This document shows positions 57,448-62,998 of a stretch of 62,998 bases of DNA, in pieces (position 1 is the first letter of the stretch; each line of letters opens with the position of its first letter). Under the pieces are notes generated by a model that saw only the letters and a list, made by a program, of their open reading frames with translations, searched no databases and was not told where the DNA came from. The translations under genes were made by a program, and so were the position numbers. The stretch comes from an uncultured Erysipelotrichaceae bacterium (GTDB lineage: Bacteria; Bacillota_I; Bacilli_A; RFN20; CAG-826), in the NCBI GenBank assembly GCA_902769185.1, contig CACXNV010000003.1, positions 1-62,998 of the forward strand, written 5' to 3'.

Positions 57448-59595
57448 ATGAAAAAGAAGAATGACGACTTTGAACTTATTGAAACTCCTAATGAAGTAGT
57501 CACTTCTGATATTTCAGATGCGGATTTTGTCTTGCAACAAGCTGATGATTCAATTCATGAACAAAAATTCCAAACTAAACCAACTACCTTCTTAAAAGAC
57601 TCTTTAAAAAGATTTAGAAAAAATAAGAGCTCAGTGGTTGCTGCCTTCATTTTAGGCATTTTAATTCTTTTAGCAATTTTTGTTCCTATTTTTAACACAA
57701 ACGATGTCAGTAACGCTGCTAACTCTGCTTTAAAGAACCTAGAACCTAAATTATTTAATGGTGGTGGTTTCTGGGATGGAACTGTGACTGTTAGACATAA
57801 AGAAGTTGATTATGAGACAGGTTATCCTGATCCATCTTTATATTACAAAAGTGGTATTAGAGATATAGTTAGAGAAGGTGAACATTTCACTAACGTTCCT
57901 AACGCCTTTGGTAAAGGTGGATATATCCAAACTGGATTCTATGGTGGATATGGTATTGAAAAATCATATTTAAATTCCACAAACCCAATGGATAATTCCG
58001 CTGCAAATAAATTCGTTTTAGACTTAGAACAATCTCATTTAACTCTCACTAACTTCGTTGTTATGGACGAAGATATGTTAAAAGAAGATTTAGGCAATGA
58101 CGGAGTTATTCCTGAAAACTTTAAGTTAGGTTTAACCGGTTTGCAATTCGTCTATTATTATGATGAAGAAGAAAAGGCTATCGATTTAGTCGAACCAAGT
58201 CTTACTCATACAGTTGGAATAGAAGGCGGAGAATCTACTATTGTATTAAACGACTTAATTCTTGCTAATGAAGATCATTTAACTTCTTTTGAATCATTCT
58301 ATTTCCGTTTTGTCACTTCTAAAGACGCTGATATTACTGCTTCTGACCATGTTTGTTCCTTAATTAAGAGCATGGTTATCGAAACAGATTCTCATGTTGA
58401 TGAAGAACAAGTCTATTTCTCTCCTAAAGCTGATAAAGAAACTGGAATAGAAGGAATCAGTTTTACAGATGCGATGAAGATGTCTGCTCGTAGTTTTGAA
58501 CTTGGTTCAGGTAGTAGACAACGCCGTAACTGTGGATATTGGACTGTTGATAGTTCTGGTAAATATTTCAAAAAAATATATTTAGCTAAAGCGGTTTATG
58601 CTTCATTTACTTACGATTCTTATTCCGCTACATTAGGCGAAAGAGAAAATGTTCCAGTTAGTAGCTATGATGTTCAACGATATTATAGAAATCGCTGGGT
58701 TGATTATACAATCGATATTATTTACGATGGTTCAACTCCAATTATTGATCCAGATACATTTGAATTTGTCATTTTAAACGAAGCAAAATGTCCATTTATC
58801 AAAGCGCCAGAATACGAAGATGTCAAAGATGTATTCGTTACCGAAAGTGGTAGAGAAGGATTTACTATTTACGGCGATGTCATGTACTACAAATATCTTG
58901 GTTATGAAACCATGCCAAAATTCTTATTTGGTACCGATAAAAGTGGTAGAGACATGTTTAAATATGTCTTTGAAGGTTTAAGAAACTCCTTATTACTTGG
59001 CGTTTTGACTTTCGCAGTTTGCTTTATTATCGGACTTATTTGGGGCGCTATATCTGGATATTTCGGTGGTGCAGTTGACTTAATCATGGAACGTGTCACT
59101 GATATTTTAAGCGGTGTTCCTTGGATTGTTTTAATGACTATTATCATCTTAAAAGCGGGTAGTAGTTTTGGTACTTTTGCTCTTGCGTTATGTTTGACTG
59201 GTTGGATTGGCACTGCTAGTACCACTAGAACTCAGTTCTATAGATTTAGAGGAAGAGAATATGTTTTAGCCTCTCGTACATTAGGAGCAAGTGACGCTCG
59301 ATTAATCGCGAAACATATCTTACCTAATGCGATGGGTACGATTATCACTGGTGCAGTCTTAATGATTCCTAGTGTTATCTTCTCTGAAGCGACTATTTCC
59401 TATTTAGGATTAGGCTTTAAGAACTTATCTTCTTTAGGTGTTATTTTATCGAATAACCAATCTGAATTAACTAACCACCCATATCAATTAATATTCCCAT
59501 CCGTAGTTATTGCTTTAGTAATGATTTCCTTTAACTTATTTGGAAATGGTCTACGTGATGCGATTAACCCAAGTCTGAAAGGAGAAGGAGAATAA
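57448..59595 (+). CDS. oppC: Oligopeptide ABC permease OppC with a large extracellular insertion
   Basis: RFRKNK, FGTDKSGRD, EYVLASRTLGA, HILPN, GLRDA. Confidence 0.9.
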   Translation: MKKKNDDFELIETPNEVVTSDISDADFVLQQADDSIHEQKFQTKPTTFLKDSLKRFRKNKSSVVAAFILGILILLAIFVPIFNTNDVSNAANSALKNLEPKLFNGGGFWDGTVTVRHKEVDYETGYPDPSLYYKSGIRDIVREGEHFTNVPNAFGKGGYIQTGFYGGYGIEKSYLNSTNPMDNSAANKFVLDLEQSHLTLTNFVVMDEDMLKEDLGNDGVIPENFKLGLTGLQFVYYYDEEEKAIDLVEPSLTHTVGIEGGESTIVLNDLILANEDHLTSFESFYFRFVTSKDADITASDHVCSLIKSMVIETDSHVDEEQVYFSPKADKETGIEGISFTDAMKMSARSFELGSGSRQRRNCGYWTVDSSGKYFKKIYLAKAVYASFTYDSYSATLGERENVPVSSYDVQRYYRNRWVDYTIDIIYDGSTPIIDPDTFEFVILNEAKCPFIKAPEYEDVKDVFVTESGREGFTIYGDVMYYKYLGYETMPKFLFGTDKSGRDMFKYVFEGLRNSLLLGVLTFAVCFIIGLIWGAISGYFGGAVDLIMERVTDILSGVPWIVLMTIIILKAGSSFGTFALALCLTGWIGTASTTRTQFYRFRGREYVLASRTLGASDARLIAKHILPNAMGTIITGAVLMIPSVIFSEATISYLGLGFKNLSSLGVILSNNQSELTNHPYQLIFPSVVIALVMISFNLFGNGLRDAINPSLKGEGE

Positions 59596-61346
59596 TGGAA
59601 GAAAAACAAGTTGTTCTTTCTGTTAAAGATCTAAAGATTAACTTCTCAACAGACCATGGGTATGTCCAGGCTGTTAGAGGTGTCTCTTTTGACTTATATA
59701 AAGGTGAAACCTTATGCATCGTTGGTGAATCAGGTTCTGGTAAATCTGTCACTAATAAAGCGATCATGGGTATTTTAAGTGCGAATGGACGTATTATGGG
59801 CGGCTCTATTATGTATGAAGGCGAAGACTTAACTAAAGTTAGTGAAGACGAATTCCATCGTATTAGAGGACACAAAATTGGAATGATCTTCCAAGACCCA
59901 TTATCATCTTTAAACCCAATTGTACGTATCGGTAAACAAATTACTGAAGCGATGTTAATTAATAACTCTAAACTTAAAAGAATGTTTAATGATAAAGTCG
60001 CTGATGAATTAGTAGCCTATAAAAACGCGCAAACAGAATATAAAACCTTATTAGCCGCTAGAAAAGAAAAATTAAAATTCACTAAGGGTGAAGCTAAAAA
60101 AGAAAAAGCAAAAATTAAAAATGAACCTAGCTTATATAAAAGCGGTCAATTCTATACTTTAAAAATTGAATATAATGGTAAAAAATCTCATATTAATGAG
60201 GAGTATAAAGCTAAGATTAAATCTCTTTCAAAAGAAGAATTAGCTTCTCAAGAAGCAGTTTTAAAAGCGGAAAGAGATGAACAAATCGCTAAAGTCAGCG
60301 AATGGTATAATTCTGAATCTTTAAAAATTAAAGAAGAATACGCCAAATTAAAAGCGGGTGTACCTCAAAGAATTAAAGAAGTTAAGGACAATACCCAAAA
60401 GGAATATACCTTAATTAAAGATGAATATAGTGAATCAAAATCTTCTTTAAAAGCCAAATTCGTTCCTTTAATTAAAGAAAATAAAGCAAAATACAAAGCT
60501 AGATGTAAAGTTGCGAAAAAAGAAGTTAAAGAATATAAAAAAGAAGTTAAAGAAAAATATTTATATAAAGTTAACTATGCGAAATCATATTTAACTGATA
60601 AACAAGAAATAAAAGAGACTTGTAAAAGAGCTAAACAAGACTACATTTCTTCAATTAAAATCACCAAAGCTCAAGCTAAAGCAAGAGCCTTAAAGATTAT
60701 GAAAGAAGTTGGCATTTCTAATCCTGAAAAGAGATTTAGACAATATCCATTCGAATTCTCTGGTGGTATGAGACAACGTATTGTTATCGCGATTGCTTTA
60801 ACCGCTAATCCAGATATTTTGATTTGTGATGAACCAACTACTGCTCTTGACGTTACTATCCAAGCCCAAATCTTAGAGTTAATCAATAGATTAAAACAAG
60901 AAAGAAACATCTCTGTTATCTTTATTACTCACGATTTAGGTGTTGTGGCTAATATGGCGGACCGTGTCGCGGTTATGTACGCTGGAAAAATTGTTGAATA
61001 CGGTACTGAAGATGATATCTTCTATGACCCACGTCATCCATATACCTGGGCGTTACTATCTTCTATTCCTGATGTTGATAGTAAAGAAAAACTTGAAGCG
61101 ATTCCAGGTACACCTCCAAATATGATTTATCCACCTAAAGGTGACGCTTTTGCTTTACGTAGTAAATATGCTTTAGCAATCGACTTTAAAAAAGAGCCAC
61201 CAATGTTTAAAGTTAGTGATACTCACTACGCTGCGACTTGGTTACTTGATCCTAGAGCCCCTAAAGTGGAAATGCCTAAGATTGTGAAAACTCGTATCGA
61301 GAATTCTTTAAAGAATGCGAAGAAAGGAGTTAGTTTAGAAAAATAA
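59595..61346 (+). CDS. oppD: Oligopeptide ABC ATPase OppD with a Lys/Glu-rich insertion
   Basis: GESGSGKS, IFQDP, FSGGMRQR, DEPTTALD, HPYT. Confidence 0.93.
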   Translation: MEEKQVVLSVKDLKINFSTDHGYVQAVRGVSFDLYKGETLCIVGESGSGKSVTNKAIMGILSANGRIMGGSIMYEGEDLTKVSEDEFHRIRGHKIGMIFQDPLSSLNPIVRIGKQITEAMLINNSKLKRMFNDKVADELVAYKNAQTEYKTLLAARKEKLKFTKGEAKKEKAKIKNEPSLYKSGQFYTLKIEYNGKKSHINEEYKAKIKSLSKEELASQEAVLKAERDEQIAKVSEWYNSESLKIKEEYAKLKAGVPQRIKEVKDNTQKEYTLIKDEYSESKSSLKAKFVPLIKENKAKYKARCKVAKKEVKEYKKEVKEKYLYKVNYAKSYLTDKQEIKETCKRAKQDYISSIKITKAQAKARALKIMKEVGISNPEKRFRQYPFEFSGGMRQRIVIAIALTANPDILICDEPTTALDVTIQAQILELINRLKQERNISVIFITHDLGVVANMADRVAVMYAGKIVEYGTEDDIFYDPRHPYTWALLSSIPDVDSKEKLEAIPGTPPNMIYPPKGDAFALRSKYALAIDFKKEPPMFKVSDTHYAATWLLDPRAPKVEMPKIVKTRIENSLKNAKKGVSLEK

Positions 61347-61348
61347 TT

Positions 61349-62866
61349 ATGAATTTTATTAATAGCTCCATTTATCGCATTAAAGCGAAATACAAACCAA
61401 GAAAACCAACATATAGACCTGAACTTAAAGAACAAGGGATTGAACTTTCTGTTCGTCATTTAAAGCAGTTCTTTAAATTTGGTCATGGTCGTAGTGCTTT
61501 TAAAACTAAAGCAGTTCATGATGTCTCTTTTGATATTAAAAAAGGAGAATGTTTTGGAGTTGTTGGCGAATCTGGATGTGGTAAAACCACAACTGGTAGA
61601 TCTTTAATTAGACTATATAACATTACTTCTGGTTCTGTTTATTTTGAAGGTAGAAGAACTTCTGCAGGAAGTAGATGGAATGAAAAAGAAATCAAATGGA
61701 CCAAAATTAGAGGCCGTAGAAAAATTAAAGAATTAAAGAAAGAATTAGCCTCTGAATTAGAAAAAGCATTAGACACAACTGGCTTAATTCCAGAAATTGA
61801 AAAGATTAATGATGAATTATCTAACTTAGAAGCAGAGATTAAAGAAATTAAATCCACATATAAAGAAAGAATGGAACAAGCTTCTAATATTGAAGATGAA
61901 GAAGCCAAAGCTTTAAAATTCGAAGAGATTAACAAAGAACATTCTTCGGAGATTGAAATTAGAAGAAAGAAGATGCTTGAATTAAGTGAAAAACTTAAAG
62001 AATTTAAAGCTACTGTTAAAGCTTCTAAAAAGAAAAAGATTGATGAACAAACTCAGCAAACCGCAGAAACTTTAAAAGCGGAATATAAAGAAAAAATTCA
62101 AGCTGTTAAAGACCATATCGACGAAGTCGAAAAAGAGCAAATTGAACAAATTGCTCAAATTAAATATGATAATAAACACGTCGATAAGAAATTAATGTCG
62201 AAGATGCAAATGATCTTCCAAGATCCTGTTGACTCATTAGACCCTAGAATGACTGTTGAAGATATCATTCAAGAAGGTTTACATATTCAAGGTCAATATA
62301 ATAAATTCAAAAACTCTCAAAAAGTTAGAGATGTTCTTGTTAAAGTTGGTTTACTTCCAGAATATGCTTCTAGATATCCTCATGAATTCTCGGGCGGACA
62401 AAGACAACGTATCGGTATTGCTCGTGCTTTAGTAATGAATCCTAGATTCTTAATTTGTGATGAACCTATTAGTGCGCTTGACGTTTCTATTAGAGCCCAA
62501 ATCATTAACTTATTAAATGATTTAAAAGAAGAAATGGGCTTAACCATTATGTTTATTGCTCACGACTTATCGGTTGTTAAATATTTCTGTGATCGAATCG
62601 CGGTTATGTATTATGGAGAAATCGTAGAGCTCGCTAGTAGTGATGAACTATTTGCGCACCCACTTCACCCATATACTCACGCTTTACTATCTGCTATTCC
62701 TAAACCAGATCCATTAAGCGAAAAGAAGAGAACTAGATACGTCTATATTCCTGCTAATGAGCATGATTATTCTAAAGAAGCTCCTAAACTTGTTGAGATC
62801 ACTCCAGGTCACTGGGTCTTAGCAAACTCTGTCGAGTTAGAAAAATATAAAGAAAAACTTAAATAG
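61349..62866 (+). CDS. oppF: Oligopeptide ABC ATPase OppF with a coiled-coil insertion
   Basis: GESGCGKT, IFQDP, FSGGQRQR, DEPISALD. Confidence 0.93.
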   Translation: MNFINSSIYRIKAKYKPRKPTYRPELKEQGIELSVRHLKQFFKFGHGRSAFKTKAVHDVSFDIKKGECFGVVGESGCGKTTTGRSLIRLYNITSGSVYFEGRRTSAGSRWNEKEIKWTKIRGRRKIKELKKELASELEKALDTTGLIPEIEKINDELSNLEAEIKEIKSTYKERMEQASNIEDEEAKALKFEEINKEHSSEIEIRRKKMLELSEKLKEFKATVKASKKKKIDEQTQQTAETLKAEYKEKIQAVKDHIDEVEKEQIEQIAQIKYDNKHVDKKLMSKMQMIFQDPVDSLDPRMTVEDIIQEGLHIQGQYNKFKNSQKVRDVLVKVGLLPEYASRYPHEFSGGQRQRIGIARALVMNPRFLICDEPISALDVSIRAQIINLLNDLKEEMGLTIMFIAHDLSVVKYFCDRIAVMYYGEIVELASSDELFAHPLHPYTHALLSAIPKPDPLSEKKRTRYVYIPANEHDYSKEAPKLVEITPGHWVLANSVELEKYKEKLK

Positions 62867-62873
62867 TTTGATG

Positions 62874-62900
62874 AAGCCAAGAAAAAACTTGGCTTTTTAT
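62874..62900 (+). terminator. Terminator of the opp operon
   Basis: AAGCCAAG-AAAAAA-CTTGGCTT plus T-run. Confidence 0.85.
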
Positions 62901-62998
62901 TTACCGGACAGCGTCAAAGCGGTGGCCGTAAATAAAACCGCCTCCTCTGGGGGCGAGAAATGAAAAAGCGGAAGCGTTCAATAACAAATAAAAACTCC

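Noticed and set aside
587-61935. The many 60-150 aa ORFs nested in or antisense to long genes
   Set aside because: They are shadows of well-supported CDSs, with no recognisable motifs.
51966-62866. Mycoplasma origin (genetic code 4) suggested by the oversized Opp proteins
   Set aside because: Long Trp-rich ORFs are open under code 11 using TGG, and TGA ends the gene at 6003.
1-62998. CRISPR array, IS element, integrase, rRNA or intact tRNA
   Set aside because: No regularly spaced repeats, DDE or recombinase motifs, or complete cloverleaf were seen by eye.

Overview
AT-rich bacterial DNA read with the standard code (TGA is used as a stop, e.g. at 6001-6003). Gene content suggests an uncultured gut/rumen-type member of the Bacilli/Mollicute-related lineages (inference). 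Layout: (i) 1-500, a frameshifted GT2 remnant; (ii) 547-6003, a compact three-gene island of AAA+ ATPase, S8 subtilase (IetAS-like pair) and a PIN-domain protein with two C-terminal TM helices, with a candidate operator upstream and a tRNA-3'-end-like scar downstream. This is the best candidate for an undescribed protease-gated anti-phage system. (iii) 6.4-27.7 kb, a mosaic surface-polysaccharide locus: Ig-domain VanZ, ugd, GT4s, acetyltransferases, two TupA-like ATP-grasp ligases, a 1352-aa flippase-polymerase-epimerase fusion, an MBOAT with two SGNH/LRR proteins, a cytidylyltransferase-PLP enzyme fusion and a priming transferase; (iv) housekeeping genes recX, yhaM, hit, two large lipoproteins (one PrsA-like), sufCDSUB, mnmG and rsmG; (v) an orphan HipA-like kinase between two direct copies of a palindrome, a divergent FMN riboswitch with ribU, an ORF6N-PLD gene, an unannotated ferredoxin and ispD; (vi) 47.3-62.9 kb, a surface subtilase and an oversized Opp peptide-uptake cluster. 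Many genes appear leaderless. No rRNA, intact tRNA, CRISPR array, transposase or integrase was seen. All family calls come from motif recognition by eye; no database search was run.
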